The notes beneath the pieces are model-generated. The model was not told the DNA's origin. It was given only the letters and a program-made list of their open reading frames with translations, and ran no database searches. A stretch of 64,000 nt of DNA from an uncultured delta proteobacterium (lineage in GTDB: Bacteria > Desulfobacterota > RBG-13-43-22). The translations under genes were made by a program, and so were the position numbers. Shown here piece by piece: positions 31,937-42,092 of the stretch (positions within the stretch are counted from its first letter, which is position 1; every line of letters begins with the position of its first letter). The stretch spans positions 22,200-86,199 of the forward strand of contig CAVUPH010000034.1 of assembly GCA_963743305.1 (NCBI GenBank). The letters run 5' to 3'.

Positions 31937-32392
31937 CTAGTGTTTCTTCACGTCTCCGAAGGCATACTTGCTGACCAGATCTACGAGGTCCACCGCCGGC
32001 TGCGTTTCGGTAATGGTGCCTCTCGGTTGGAGCAGCGCGCCTGCGCCGCCGGGGTCAATGCTGATATGCATATCCCCGATCAGCCCTTCCGTTTTAATGG
32101 AAGCAATGGCATCGTCATAAATTTTGATATCCTTCCGGATGTGCATCTCCACCACGGCCTTCTGGCTTTTCTGGTCCATGGCCAGCTGCTCTACTCGCCC
32201 TACCTCAATCCCGGATATATAAACCAGGCTGCCAGCCCTCAGGCCGGTGACTGAGGTGAATCTAGCGAAGAGCGGATAGGTGTCGTCGCCGAAGAGGGAA
32301 ACATGACCCAATTTCACCGTCATATACCCAACGCAGAGGAGCCCGAAAACGAGAAATATCCCAACCGTGGTTTCCATGGTGTACTTTTTCAT
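31937..32392 (-). CDS. mlaD: MCE-domain protein MlaD
   Basis: ETTVGIF, F..VTGLR.GS.V.ISGIEVG, ASIKTEGLIGD..I.IDPGG, ETQ. Confidence 0.93.
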   Translation of the reverse strand: MKKYTMETTVGIFLVFGLLCVGYMTVKLGHVSLFGDDTYPLFARFTSVTGLRAGSLVYISGIEVGRVEQLAMDQKSQKAVVEMHIRKDIKIYDDAIASIKTEGLIGDMHISIDPGGAGALLQPRGTITETQPAVDLVDLVSKYAFGDVKKH

Positions 32393-33642
32393 CTGCCTAA
32401 TCTCCTCACGTCGCACCGAATTCGGCCAATTTCTTTTTGTTGCGCTTTGGCCGCATCGATGACCGGATCGATATCGGCTACCGGTTGGCCCTCGGCAATT
32501 CCGGCCAGGACCGAAAATTCAACCACTTCCGCAGAAACGGCCTGTCGGCCATCCCCGGCACAGGCCTCTCGAAGGCCTCGTTCTTGAAGATCCTGGATAA
32601 AATCCTGGAGAATGCCCTCCGCTTCTTTCAGGTCCGAATAGGGGAGCACCGTGACAAATTCATTGCTGAGACGGCGGGTGGAAAACCCCCCGATGGCCCC
32701 GAAGTGTTTATCGATGTAAATGGCCAGACTCCGCAAGGCCACCTGGGCCGCATCGTAGCCCACGCTCGTCCGGAAGAACTCCGGATCAACCAGAGAAAAA
32801 ACCGCCACGCTGTACGTTGCCCCGCCGGAGGTCTGCCGCAACTGAACATGGTGCATCACTTTGAATTGCCTTTTGGAATATAGACCGGTCAATTCATTCT
32901 GCAGCCCTTCCAGACTGCGAATGACCTCATCTTTGAAGGGGTGGTCAAAATTTTCCAGTTCCTCCGGTGAGCCTTGAAAAACTATGGATCGATCATAAAG
33001 AGCCAGAATGCGGTTGGAGATAAAATAGACATCCGGTATCTCGTGGCTGACCAGGATACCGGTAAACCCGAATTTCCGCTGATACTGGGCAATCATGCCC
33101 AGGATGGCATTTTTCCGGACCGGGTCTTGGCCGGAAGTAGGTTCATCAAAAAGGACGATTCGAGGATCCGTGACCAAAGCCCGCGCCAAGGCGGCCCGCT
33201 TTTGCATGCCGCCGGAGAGCTCCGAAGGATACTTATGAACCGCTTCTTTAAGCTCCGTTTGTTCGATTCTGGCCATAACCCGGCTATCGATCTCGGCTTT
33301 CTTCAGGTTCGTCGTCTCCCGCAAGGGAAGGGCGATATTTTCATAGACGGTGAGGGAATCGAAGAGGGCATTGTCTTGAAACATGTAGCTTATCCGAGCG
33401 AAATTGGCGGCGCTCTCACTTTTTTCCATTTCGCCCAAGGGTTTGCCCTTGAAGAGAATAGTCCCTTCATCCGGCTTGAGCAGCCCGATGATATGCTTCA
33501 GGAGCACACTCTTCCCCGAACCGCTCAGACCGATAATGGTGGTGACCTGTCCCTCGTAGATCTGCAAGTTAACCCGTTCCAGGACGGTTCGGGAGCCGAA
33601 GCGTTTGGTGACCTCCTGGAATTCGATCAACGGGCTATCCAT
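32389..33642 (-). CDS. mlaF: MlaF ABC ATPase with a C-terminal degenerate GGDEF-like domain
   Basis: GLSGSGKS, FQDNALFDS, LSGGMQKR, FDEPTSG; about 170-aa extension ELTGLY..GYDAA..RRLSNEFVTVLP..AGIA. Confidence 0.88.
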   Translation of the reverse strand: MDSPLIEFQEVTKRFGSRTVLERVNLQIYEGQVTTIIGLSGSGKSVLLKHIIGLLKPDEGTILFKGKPLGEMEKSESAANFARISYMFQDNALFDSLTVYENIALPLRETTNLKKAEIDSRVMARIEQTELKEAVHKYPSELSGGMQKRAALARALVTDPRIVLFDEPTSGQDPVRKNAILGMIAQYQRKFGFTGILVSHEIPDVYFISNRILALYDRSIVFQGSPEELENFDHPFKDEVIRSLEGLQNELTGLYSKRQFKVMHHVQLRQTSGGATYSVAVFSLVDPEFFRTSVGYDAAQVALRSLAIYIDKHFGAIGGFSTRRLSNEFVTVLPYSDLKEAEGILQDFIQDLQERGLREACAGDGRQAVSAEVVEFSVLAGIAEGQPVADIDPVIDAAKAQQKEIGRIRCDVRRLGR

Positions 33643-33651
33643 GGGTTAACC

Positions 33652-34491
33652 TCAGATGAGCAGCGACGTGACCACATAGTCAGACACCAGGATGAGCACG
33701 CAGGAGATCACCACGGACGAGGTGGTGGAGAGCCCGACGGCCTTGGCGCCATGGCTGTCCGCGCGCATGTGGGTAAAATACCCCTGGTAACAACAGACCG
33801 TGGAGACGATAACGGCAAAAACAATCGACTTGATCAATCCGTCAGTGATATCTTTCAGGTCCATACTGGTCTGAACACGATAAACATAGGTGCTGGCATT
33901 GGCACCCAGGAGCAATACGCCGGAGACGTACCCGCCGATAATGCCGACGAGGTCGAACACGGCGGTGAGCAAGGGGAAGCTGATGATCGCGGCGGTAATC
34001 CGGGGGGTGATGAGATACCGGAGCGGATCAATACGCATGGTGCTCAGGGCGTCAATCTGTTCGGAGATGCGCTGAATGCCGATCTCGGCGGTGATAGCCG
34101 AACCGGCCCGGGCGGCAATCATAATCGCCGTGAGCACCGGTCCCAATTCCCGAACCAGCGTCAGGGCCACCAGGGTGCCGAGGGCCCCCTGGGCGCCGAA
34201 TTTTACCAGGGCATGATAGGATTGAAGGCCCAGCACCATACCGGTGAAGAAACTGACGAGCATGATGATCATCGTGGATCTGGCCCCGATATAATAGACC
34301 TGCTGCACGATCTTATCCAACTGTTTGGATCGTACGATCCTCAGCAGCGCCATAAGGAGAAAAATGGCTGAGGCGCCTAAATGGTCGATCCAACTGATCG
34401 CCACCCGACCGATAAGGGCAAAGGGACCGGTCAATAGCCTGCCGCGCTGCCCCCCAGGTTTGCTTTGCTGACTGTCAGCATCAATGGTCAT
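33652..34491 (-). CDS. mlaE: MlaE permease
   Basis: RELGPVLTA..RAGSAITAEIG..EQIDAL..IDP..PR. Confidence 0.94.
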   Translation of the reverse strand: MTIDADSQQSKPGGQRGRLLTGPFALIGRVAISWIDHLGASAIFLLMALLRIVRSKQLDKIVQQVYYIGARSTMIIMLVSFFTGMVLGLQSYHALVKFGAQGALGTLVALTLVRELGPVLTAIMIAARAGSAITAEIGIQRISEQIDALSTMRIDPLRYLITPRITAAIISFPLLTAVFDLVGIIGGYVSGVLLLGANASTYVYRVQTSMDLKDITDGLIKSIVFAVIVSTVCCYQGYFTHMRADSHGAKAVGLSTTSSVVISCVLILVSDYVVTSLLI

Positions 34492-34667
34492 GCCAGAACT
34501 CCCGAGACTGGTTCCCTAGGGCGAATTAGGATTAGATTCTTACATCCCTTTCACTCGGTGGACAATTTTTAATAGGCATTATATGCTTAACTCCCCGGAC
34601 CTTGTCAATGAAAATGAGTTGCCGCTCTTGGTCGGGGGGCAGGATTCTTGGGCTCAAGTCAGTAGAG

Positions 34668-34696
34668 TTGACGCCGAAAGGATTCCTTCTTATACT
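34668..34696 (+). promoter_or_regulatory. Sigma70-like promoter of the MES-methyltransferase pair
   Basis: TTGACG-N17-TATACT. Confidence 0.6.
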
Positions 34697-34730
34697 ATTA
34701 CGAAAATCCGCTTTTTTTGAATCCTGCTAA

Positions 34731-37700
34731 ATGAAACTTGATAGTAAGAAAGCCATTTGCGGTATCTGCTCGGCCGGGTGCTGGGTAATGGTTCATTATG
34801 ATACCGAGGGGAAAATCGACTCGGTGGGACCTGATGAAGGTTCTCCCTGGGGGAAGATCTGCCGCTTGGGCGAACTGGCCCGGGAGGTCGTCTATTCGCC
34901 CAACCGACTATTATATCCCTTGCGCCGCAAAGGTCCCAAGGGCACTTTTGATTTCGAGCGTATCTCCTGGGATGAAGCCTATGCGACGATCGTCGATAAA
35001 CTGCGAACGATCAAGGCGGAGTCCGGGCCGGAAGCCACGGCCATCTATACCGGAAGCGGAAGTTTCGAGTTATCCCTCTGCGATATTTTCCAGCCGGCCG
35101 GGGTGGCGGTTTCTTCGGCTTCTAGCGTCCTCTTCCCCTTCGGGTCGCCCAACACCTTGGGCGTAGGGGCCCTCTGCTATGTATCCTTCGCCATGATCGC
35201 CCCTCATGTCACCATGGGGGGGATGTTCATCAACATGTTCTCGGATATCGAGCGGGCCAACCTCATCGTCATCTGGGGGAAAAACCCGGCAGCCCACTGC
35301 CCGCCCGATGATTTTATCCAGATCGAACGGGCCCACCGGCGCGGCGCCCGCCTGGTGGTGATCGATCCCCGTCGGACGGCCATGGCCAAGTACCCGAATG
35401 CCGAATGGGTCCCCATTCGCCCCGGTACCGACGGCGCCCTGGCCCTGGGAATGTGCCAGGTGCTGATCGAGGAAGAGCTTTTCGAAGAAGCTTTCGTTAA
35501 AGAGTGGACGATCGGATTCGAGGCCTTTGCCCGATATGTCCAGCACTTTCGACCGGAGGTGGTGGAACATATCACCGGGGTGCCGGCGGCTACCGTTATC
35601 CGCTTGGCCCGGGAGCTCGCCGGGACCAACGGCGTGTCTCCGGTCATGTACAGCGGCCTGGAATACAGCGACGGCTCCGTGCAGGCCATCCGCGCCACCC
35701 TGGTGCTCTGGGCTCTGGCCGGCCAACTGGATGTACCCGGCGGACGCTGTTTCCTGCCGGCCCGGAGCAAGTTTCCCATCAACCGGGAAGGGCTGATCCC
35801 CAATCCGGACATTCGCAAGGCCGCCGGATACAATAACTTCCCGATCTATACCCTCTACCGCGGTGAGTTCCATGCCAACATCCTGCCCCGGGCGGTACTG
35901 GAGCAGGACCCCTACCCTATCCGCCTGCTGATCAGCCTGGGGGCCTCGATTATCAGTTCCTGGCCCCAGTCCGCGGTCTGGCGGAAAACACTGGGGGCCC
36001 TGGACTTTTTGGTCTGCATCGACCGACAATTAACCGCCGATGCTGCCTTCGCCGATATTGTCCTCCCGGCCGCCACCTACTACGAGATCGAATCCTATAT
36101 GGTCTATGGACCCCTTTTCCGAATCCGGGAACGGGTCATTGAACCGCTGGGGGAGGCCCGAAACGACTTCTTTATCCTTTCCGAACTCGCCCGCCGCCTC
36201 GGCTACGGCCACCTCTATCCCCAAAACGAAGCGGAACTTCTGGCCCGAGTCTTGAAAGGCTCGGGCTTCACCCCGGAATCCGTCCGGGCCGCCGGCGGAA
36301 TGGTTCAGGTGCCCACGGTAATGATGGAGTACAAGAAATGGGAAAAAGGGCTGCTGCGCCCGGATGGCCGACCCGGGTTCGACACCCCTTCCGGCAAGTT
36401 CGAAATCGCCTCTTCGCTGCTGGAAGAACATGGCTACGACGCCTTGCCCGTCTATACCGAACCCGGCGAGGGACCGCTGGCCCGGCCGGACTTGGCCCGG
36501 AGTTTTCCCCTGGTCTTCAATTCCGGAGCTCGTTCCAATATTGATTTGCACGGACTACACCAGAGCCTGCCCTCCCTCTCGCGGGAACAACCCGTGCCCA
36601 CGGTGATGATGAACCCCCGGGATGCCGCCGCGCGCGGAATTCAAAACGGAGATCCGGTGAAGCTAGCCACTTTACGGGGATCCATCCCCCTCTATGCTCA
36701 GGTCACCGAGGATATCGTGTCCGGGGCCGTTGAGGTCAGCGGGATGGGGGGCGGGGCCCTTGGCCCGAAAGCCTGGCGCGACGCCTGCGTGAACGACTTG
36801 ACCGATTTGCAGCGCTATGATCCGATCTCCGGTTTTCCGGTGTACAAGGCCCTGCTCTGCGAGGTAGTGAAGAATATCGAGGGCGAAACCGTGACGGTCG
36901 GCGGCCCGGGGGAATACACACCCGATGGATCCCTGGAAACTCCGGCGGTTCCCCACCGCATTTACCTGGACCACAACGCCACCACTCCCCTGGATCCGGA
37001 AGTACAGAAGACCTTGATCGCCTTTTTGGAGTGCTACGGGAACCCGTCCAGCCTCTATGCGGCCGGCAAAGAATCCCGGACCGCCATGGAAACGGCGCGC
37101 CGCGCCATCGCCCTGCTGCTCAACTGCACGGCCCGGCGAGTCCTCTTCACCGGCGGCGGTTCGGAGGCCAACAACCTGGCCATCAAGGGAACGGCCTGGG
37201 CCGCCGGCCGGGCCAAGGACCATATCATCACCTCGGCCAGCGAACATCCCTCGGTGCTCGAACCCTGCCGTGGACTGGAACGGCGAGGTTTCCGGGTCAC
37301 CTATCTTCCGTCCGACCGGGAAGGCCGGGTCCGACCGGAGGACCTCCGCCAGGCCCTGGACGATCGTACCTGCCTGGTGAGCGTCATGCTGGCTAACAAT
37401 GAGACCGGTGTCCTCCAGCCGGTGGAGGAACTGTCCGCCCTGTCCCGGGAGCGGGGGGCGCTCTTCCATTGCGATGCCGTCCAAGCGGTGGGCAAAATCC
37501 CGGTGGACGTGGGGGCACTGGGGGTGGATCTCCTAACCCTCTCGGCCCACAAGTTGCACGGTCCTAAAGGGATGGGGGCGATCTTCGTCCGCCAGGGAGT
37601 CGTCCTCGATCCCTTGGTCAGCGGCGGGCACCAGGAGCAGGGCCTGCGGGCCGGCACGGAAAACGTTCTGGGCATCGCCGGCTTCGGCAAGGCCGCCGAA

Positions 37701-38108
37701 CTGGCCCTGAAACATCTCTCGGATTTGGTATCCATCCGGGAAAAGCGGGATCAACTGGAACGCGGAATCCGGAAAATCCTCCCCCAAGCGTGCATCAATG
37801 GCCATCCTCATCTGCGGCTGCCGAACACCTTGAACGTCACTTTGCCGGGCTTCCGGGGCGAATCGCTGGTCCTGGCCCTCGATCAACGGGGAGTGGCCGT
37901 TTCCTCAGGATCGGCCTGTCGCGCCGGGAACCCGGAACCCTCCCATGTCTTGTTGGCCCTGGGGCTTTCCGAGGAGGAAGCCCACTGCTCCCTGCGTTTT
38001 TCCCTGGGCCGCGAAAATACCCTGGAGGACATTGTCCGAACCCTCTCGATTTTAGAGGATATCATCCGTAATCAACAAGCGGTAGTTCGTTTTGTATCCT
38101 GCAGGTGA
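34731..38108 (+). CDS. Metallopterin-dependent ergothioneine synthase (bis-PGD oxidoreductase module fused to a cysteine desulfurase)
   Basis: CGICSAGC..C [4Fe-4S] motif, RISWDEA, PIRPGTDGALA, ADIVLPA, TPSGKFE; C-terminal IYLDHNATT, ANNETG, DAVQ, SAHK, RAGTEN, SSGSAC; next to an EgtD homolog. Confidence 0.85.
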   Translation: MKLDSKKAICGICSAGCWVMVHYDTEGKIDSVGPDEGSPWGKICRLGELAREVVYSPNRLLYPLRRKGPKGTFDFERISWDEAYATIVDKLRTIKAESGPEATAIYTGSGSFELSLCDIFQPAGVAVSSASSVLFPFGSPNTLGVGALCYVSFAMIAPHVTMGGMFINMFSDIERANLIVIWGKNPAAHCPPDDFIQIERAHRRGARLVVIDPRRTAMAKYPNAEWVPIRPGTDGALALGMCQVLIEEELFEEAFVKEWTIGFEAFARYVQHFRPEVVEHITGVPAATVIRLARELAGTNGVSPVMYSGLEYSDGSVQAIRATLVLWALAGQLDVPGGRCFLPARSKFPINREGLIPNPDIRKAAGYNNFPIYTLYRGEFHANILPRAVLEQDPYPIRLLISLGASIISSWPQSAVWRKTLGALDFLVCIDRQLTADAAFADIVLPAATYYEIESYMVYGPLFRIRERVIEPLGEARNDFFILSELARRLGYGHLYPQNEAELLARVLKGSGFTPESVRAAGGMVQVPTVMMEYKKWEKGLLRPDGRPGFDTPSGKFEIASSLLEEHGYDALPVYTEPGEGPLARPDLARSFPLVFNSGARSNIDLHGLHQSLPSLSREQPVPTVMMNPRDAAARGIQNGDPVKLATLRGSIPLYAQVTEDIVSGAVEVSGMGGGALGPKAWRDACVNDLTDLQRYDPISGFPVYKALLCEVVKNIEGETVTVGGPGEYTPDGSLETPAVPHRIYLDHNATTPLDPEVQKTLIAFLECYGNPSSLYAAGKESRTAMETARRAIALLLNCTARRVLFTGGGSEANNLAIKGTAWAAGRAKDHIITSASEHPSVLEPCRGLERRGFRVTYLPSDREGRVRPEDLRQALDDRTCLVSVMLANNETGVLQPVEELSALSRERGALFHCDAVQAVGKIPVDVGALGVDLLTLSAHKLHGPKGMGAIFVRQGVVLDPLVSGGHQEQGLRAGTENVLGIAGFGKAAELALKHLSDLVSIREKRDQLERGIRKILPQACINGHPHLRLPNTLNVTLPGFRGESLVLALDQRGVAVSSGSACRAGNPEPSHVLLALGLSEEEAHCSLRFSLGRENTLEDIVRTLSILEDIIRNQQAVVRFVSCR

Positions 38109-38136
38109 GGGGAGCTTTATTTAGAAAAATAAGACT

Positions 38137-38214
38137 GAACATCGAACATCGAACGTTCGAATTGAGGTTTATTTATTCGAGGTTGGGCGTTCGATGTTCC
38201 ATGTTGGACGTTCA
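38137..38214. repeat. Heptamer (AACATCG/CGATGTT) tandem arrays in inverted arrangement
   Basis: GAACATCGAACATCGAAC... and ...GTTCGATGTTCCATGTTGGACGTTC; same unit at 17111-17141, 19349-19387 and about 15225. Confidence 0.7.
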
Positions 38215-38237
38215 TTTTATTCGAAAAAGGGGGTTGT

Positions 38238-39254
38238 ATGCCGGTCCAGGACAGGATACTCCGATTAACGGAGAAAGAGGTCTCCGCGGGCAACGGAGCC
38301 TTTGAACGGGATGTCCTCGAGGGGCTGAGCCGGGCGCCCAAATCCCTTCCCAGTAGGTATTTTTATGATGATGAAGGGAGCCGGCTTTTTAAACAGATCA
38401 CGGAATTGCCAGAGTATTATCTCACCCGATGTGAGTCTGAAATTCTCCAAACCTATCGCTCGAAATTGGCGTCCCTGCTCGCCGGCGTTCGTTTCAACCT
38501 GGTGGAGCTGGGGGCCGGGGACGGCAGGAAAACCAAATTATTGTTGGAACATTTTCTCGGCGCGGGGCTGGACTTTCGTTACGTTCCCATCGATATCTGC
38601 GAATCAGCGGTCAACGATTTGATTGGAAATCTCAAACAGCACTGGGCCCATCTTCCCAGCGAAGGACTGGCGGCGGAATATTTCGAAGGGTTGCGCTGGC
38701 TTTCCGAACGGAAGGAACAGCGCAGCCTGGTGCTGTTTCTGGGATCTAATATCGGCAATTTCAGCCAGGACGAAATGCGGGTCTTTCTCCGGAACCTCCG
38801 GGAGGCCCTGAATGAAGGGGACCTGCTCTTAATGGGTTTTGATTTAATCAAATCCGTTCCGCTGCTCGAGAAGGCCTACAATGACTCCCGGGGAATCACG
38901 GCCCAATTCAACCTGAACCTGCTGCGGCGGATCAATCGGGATCTCGGGGGTAATTTCCGGCCCGAGGGCTTTCGATTTTTCAGCCATTTCGACCGCTTCT
39001 CGGGGGCTATCGAGAGTTACCTGATCAGTGAACGAAGGCAGGCCGTGGAGGTGGAACGGCTTAATCGCGCTTTCCATTTTGAAGACGGGGAAGCAATTCA
39101 TACTGAACGTTCTCAAAAGTTTCTGGAATCCGAGGTCGTGCGGCTGGCGCAGGAAACGGGATTCACCGTGGTTCGGCAGATGAAAGATCCGCAGGGATAT
39201 TTTTTGGATTCCCTCTGGCAGGCGGGGGAGCGAAAGAAAGAAGAGGGAAGATAG
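38238..39254 (+). CDS. egtD: L-histidine N-alpha-trimethyltransferase (EgtD/EanA)
   Basis: KSLPSRYFYDDEGSRLF..ITELPEYYLTRCE, ELGAG, FLGSNIGNF, AYNDSRGITAQFNLN, IHTE. Confidence 0.93.
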   Translation: MPVQDRILRLTEKEVSAGNGAFERDVLEGLSRAPKSLPSRYFYDDEGSRLFKQITELPEYYLTRCESEILQTYRSKLASLLAGVRFNLVELGAGDGRKTKLLLEHFLGAGLDFRYVPIDICESAVNDLIGNLKQHWAHLPSEGLAAEYFEGLRWLSERKEQRSLVLFLGSNIGNFSQDEMRVFLRNLREALNEGDLLLMGFDLIKSVPLLEKAYNDSRGITAQFNLNLLRRINRDLGGNFRPEGFRFFSHFDRFSGAIESYLISERRQAVEVERLNRAFHFEDGEAIHTERSQKFLESEVVRLAQETGFTVVRQMKDPQGYFLDSLWQAGERKKEEGR

Positions 39255-39398
39255 AAGACGGAAGGTTGCGATGTGGTCTGTGGCGGAATCAGGGAAGAGA
39301 TTGGTGTGTACGAGTACGTGTATGAGTACGGAACTCAAAATGAGCCCTACTCGTACACGCTTATCCCTGTTGCAGGTTTAGCAAGGGATGAATGAGCC

Positions 39399-40655
39399 TT
39401 AACGGGCGTATTTTTCTTTGACGTAGGCTAGGGCCTCCTCTATCGCCTGAACCGCTAGGTCCAGGTCCTCTTCGGTGTGCCGGTGACATATATAGCCATG
39501 ATGGTGCGGGTGCAAAAAGACCCGTCGGCGAATAAGCTGGGTATAAAAATCATCCCGTTTAGCCCGATAGGTTTTGGCCTCATCCCGCTTAAAGGTTATA
39601 AAAAACATGGGGGCTACACCGCTTAGCTCGGCTCCCACGTCGTAGCGGTCAAGGCATCCCTGGATTTTTTTCCAAAAGCGGGTCCCTTTTTCCCAGATCT
39701 GGTCCAGGACCCGGTCCCGTTCGAGGATTTCAATGGTTTTCAGCGCGGCCACAAACCCGTCGCTGTTAGGAAAGAAGGTGGAAGAGATGAAGAGCTTCTG
39801 GGCGGAAGCCATCATGACTTCTCTTTTCCCGGTAACCACACTAATGGCATAGCCATTGGCCATCCCTTTTCCCAGGACCACCAGGTCGGGGGCGACCCCG
39901 TAATAGGCTTGCGCCCCTCCCAGGGCCAGCCGGAATCCGGTCCGCACTTCATCAAAGACCAAAATGGCGCCATAGCGGGTGGCGATTTCCCTGACCCCTT
40001 CCAGGAACCCGGGTTCAGGCTCTTCCATCTTGGCATGCAGGGGGTGCCCGAAGGGGGTCATAATGATGGCCGCAGTCTGCTCCCCGTGCTTGGCCATCAG
40101 GTCCTCGAGTTGATCGAGACGGTTATACCGAAATTCAAAGACATCCTCATAAAACTTTTCAGGAACGCCCCCCTTCATCTCCACACACCAATCATGCCAG
40201 CCATGGTAACCGCAGCGCATCACCTTGATCCGGTTGGTAAAGGCCCGGGCAATCCGGATACTCGCCGTGGTGGCATCGGATCCGGTCTTTAAAAATATAC
40301 TCATTTCCGAACAGGGGACCAATTGGCTCAGCTTTTTAGCCAGCTCATTCTGATACCGTTGGGTTAAAGTGAAGCAGAAGCCTTTGTCCCTCAACTGGCG
40401 GATAACCGCTTCGTCCACTTCTTCTTCTCGATAACCCAAAATGATGGGCCCATACCCGCAAAGAAAATCGATATATTCATTGCCATCCACGTCGGTGACC
40501 CGACCGCCCCGGCCGCTTTCCACAAAGATGGGGTATTCTCCCTCGATAAAATCGGCGGGTTTCCGGGCGCCCAGGACTCCCCCGGGGACCAGGGACAGGG
40601 CCTCTTGATAGATCTCCTGACTTTTAGTAATATTCAGTTTTTCAGCGCTTTTCAT
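39399..40655 (-). CDS. Class III PLP aminotransferase (GSA-aminomutase-like)
   Basis: DVDGNEYID..GYGP.ILG, GYHGWHD, FDEVRTGFR, PDL..LGKGMANG. Confidence 0.85.
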   Translation of the reverse strand: MKSAEKLNITKSQEIYQEALSLVPGGVLGARKPADFIEGEYPIFVESGRGGRVTDVDGNEYIDFLCGYGPIILGYREEEVDEAVIRQLRDKGFCFTLTQRYQNELAKKLSQLVPCSEMSIFLKTGSDATTASIRIARAFTNRIKVMRCGYHGWHDWCVEMKGGVPEKFYEDVFEFRYNRLDQLEDLMAKHGEQTAAIIMTPFGHPLHAKMEEPEPGFLEGVREIATRYGAILVFDEVRTGFRLALGGAQAYYGVAPDLVVLGKGMANGYAISVVTGKREVMMASAQKLFISSTFFPNSDGFVAALKTIEILERDRVLDQIWEKGTRFWKKIQGCLDRYDVGAELSGVAPMFFITFKRDEAKTYRAKRDDFYTQLIRRRVFLHPHHHGYICHRHTEEDLDLAVQAIEEALAYVKEKYAR

Positions 40656-40709
40656 AAAAGATTTCCTTAATGGGTTGAAATTAAGTTGTTCGGCGGTTAT
40701 TCGGTTTTC

Positions 40710-40780
40710 AATCCCCTAAATCCCCCTTTGCTAAAGGGGGACTTGGGCTCCCCCCTTTAGCAAGGGGGTGGGGGGATTTT
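40710..40780. repeat. Intergenic double-hairpin REP-like element
   Basis: TCCCCCTTTGCTAAAGGGGGA and CCCCCCTTTAGCAAGGGGG enclosed by AATCCCC/GGGGATT. Confidence 0.65.
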
Positions 40781-40817
40781 CGTGCTTCGCAGGTGTGCGG
40801 TCGCAGATCCTGACGGA

Positions 40818-41963
40818 TTAGACCGTCAGCAACGAGCTGATGGTTTCCGTCTGGTGAATTTTGGCGCCCCTTTTGATCAAGGCGGCCAGGAATTTTTCCG
40901 GATCGATACATCCTTCGGGGGCCACCACGCCCTTGACCGTCACCTCACCCGCATCCATCATCAAGGCCGCGATGGAGGCGGGCAATCCCGTGCCCGGGGC
41001 CATCCGGCCCGCCATATCGGCGGTATAGGTCACCTTTTCCCCGTTTCGCTCCCCCTTAACGATCACTTTAAGCCCGGAGGAATTCGGCCCGTTATCCCTG
41101 CCTTTAGGGATCGTGTCCCAGAGTTTCAGCGTCAAGTCATAAGGCACGACCTTGGTTCCCCTCACCTCCAGGATCTCGGTGCTGAGAAATCCGGTATCAT
41201 TTTGTTCCTTGATCAACTCATCCACCCAGCCCGGTATGAGGGCGCCTTTAATGACCACCTTCTTCACTCCTTCGATGTAGCGGGGGATGGTGATCGGCTG
41301 AGGATGTCCCACATAGCGAACTTTACAGGTGCCCAGGGGTTCAAGGAAGGTGGCGATCTCCTCGCCCGTGCCGCCATCCACGTACTCCAGCTTCCCGTCC
41401 AAATATTGGGGGATTTTTCCCGTCACCATGTGCAGGCTGTGATCCCAGGCCGCACCCGCCAGTTCGGCGATACTGACCACCCAGAAGAGATGGATCTCGT
41501 TAACGCGGTCCAGTTGATTCGCATACCACTTGACCAGAACATTGTTGGTTCCGGGGTCGGACCCCATCCCCGTCAGAACGGTGATTCCCGCCTCCTTAGC
41601 GGCTTTATCGATGGCGGCTTCGGAAAAGAGAACGGGTACGGCCTCATAGTCATCGCAGATATCAATATAGTTGACCTTGGCTTCGACCGCAGCCCTGGCG
41701 ACGGCCACGGCGGTCTTGTAGAAAGGCCCGGCACAATTGATGACCACGTCAACTTCTTTGATGGCGGCCACCAGGCCGTTATGGTCCTGCACGTCAATTT
41801 TCTGAAGCGATACTTTATTGCTGTTACGCAGCTTTTCCTGCACTCTCGCGGGATCTATATTTATGTCGCCCAACGTTACCGATGTAATCTGCTCCTGTTT
41901 AATAAGGTCCCGGGCGACCCCCTGCCCCATACCGCCCGTGCCGCCTACTACCAATGCCTTCAT
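40818..41963 (-). CDS. Saccharopine dehydrogenase-like NAD(P) oxidoreductase
   Basis: VVGGTGGMG Rossmann fold, INCAGPF, YIDICDD, GMGSDPG, GVVAPEG; AAGGAGG SD before MKAL. Confidence 0.85.
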   Translation of the reverse strand: MKALVVGGTGGMGQGVARDLIKQEQITSVTLGDINIDPARVQEKLRNSNKVSLQKIDVQDHNGLVAAIKEVDVVINCAGPFYKTAVAVARAAVEAKVNYIDICDDYEAVPVLFSEAAIDKAAKEAGITVLTGMGSDPGTNNVLVKWYANQLDRVNEIHLFWVVSIAELAGAAWDHSLHMVTGKIPQYLDGKLEYVDGGTGEEIATFLEPLGTCKVRYVGHPQPITIPRYIEGVKKVVIKGALIPGWVDELIKEQNDTGFLSTEILEVRGTKVVPYDLTLKLWDTIPKGRDNGPNSSGLKVIVKGERNGEKVTYTADMAGRMAPGTGLPASIAALMMDAGEVTVKGVVAPEGCIDPEKFLAALIKRGAKIHQTETISSLLTV

Positions 41964-42092
41964 GATTCCTCCTTTATTAAGCTCAAATTCGAAGCACGAA
42001 ATCGACTCGGCTGAGCGGCTCGACCTGAGCTCGCCGACAGGTCTCGTCGCAGGCCGAAACAAATTCAGTGGGTGAATTTTTGAATAGTCGAG

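Noticed and set aside
32974-34371. 465-aa plus-strand ORF and other long antisense ORFs (e.g. 40782-42014, 59801-61009, 35070-36029)
   Set aside because: Shadow frames of well-supported genes on the opposite strand; no motifs of their own
36950-38108. MES fusion as an assembly artefact joining an oxidoreductase and iscS
   Set aside because: Single continuous frame with a plausible linker, and the architecture plus egtD neighbour matches a known enzyme
39399-40655. Calling this gene hemL
   Set aside because: It lacks the typical HemL GGVNSPVR and YHGH motifs and has no tetrapyrrole gene context
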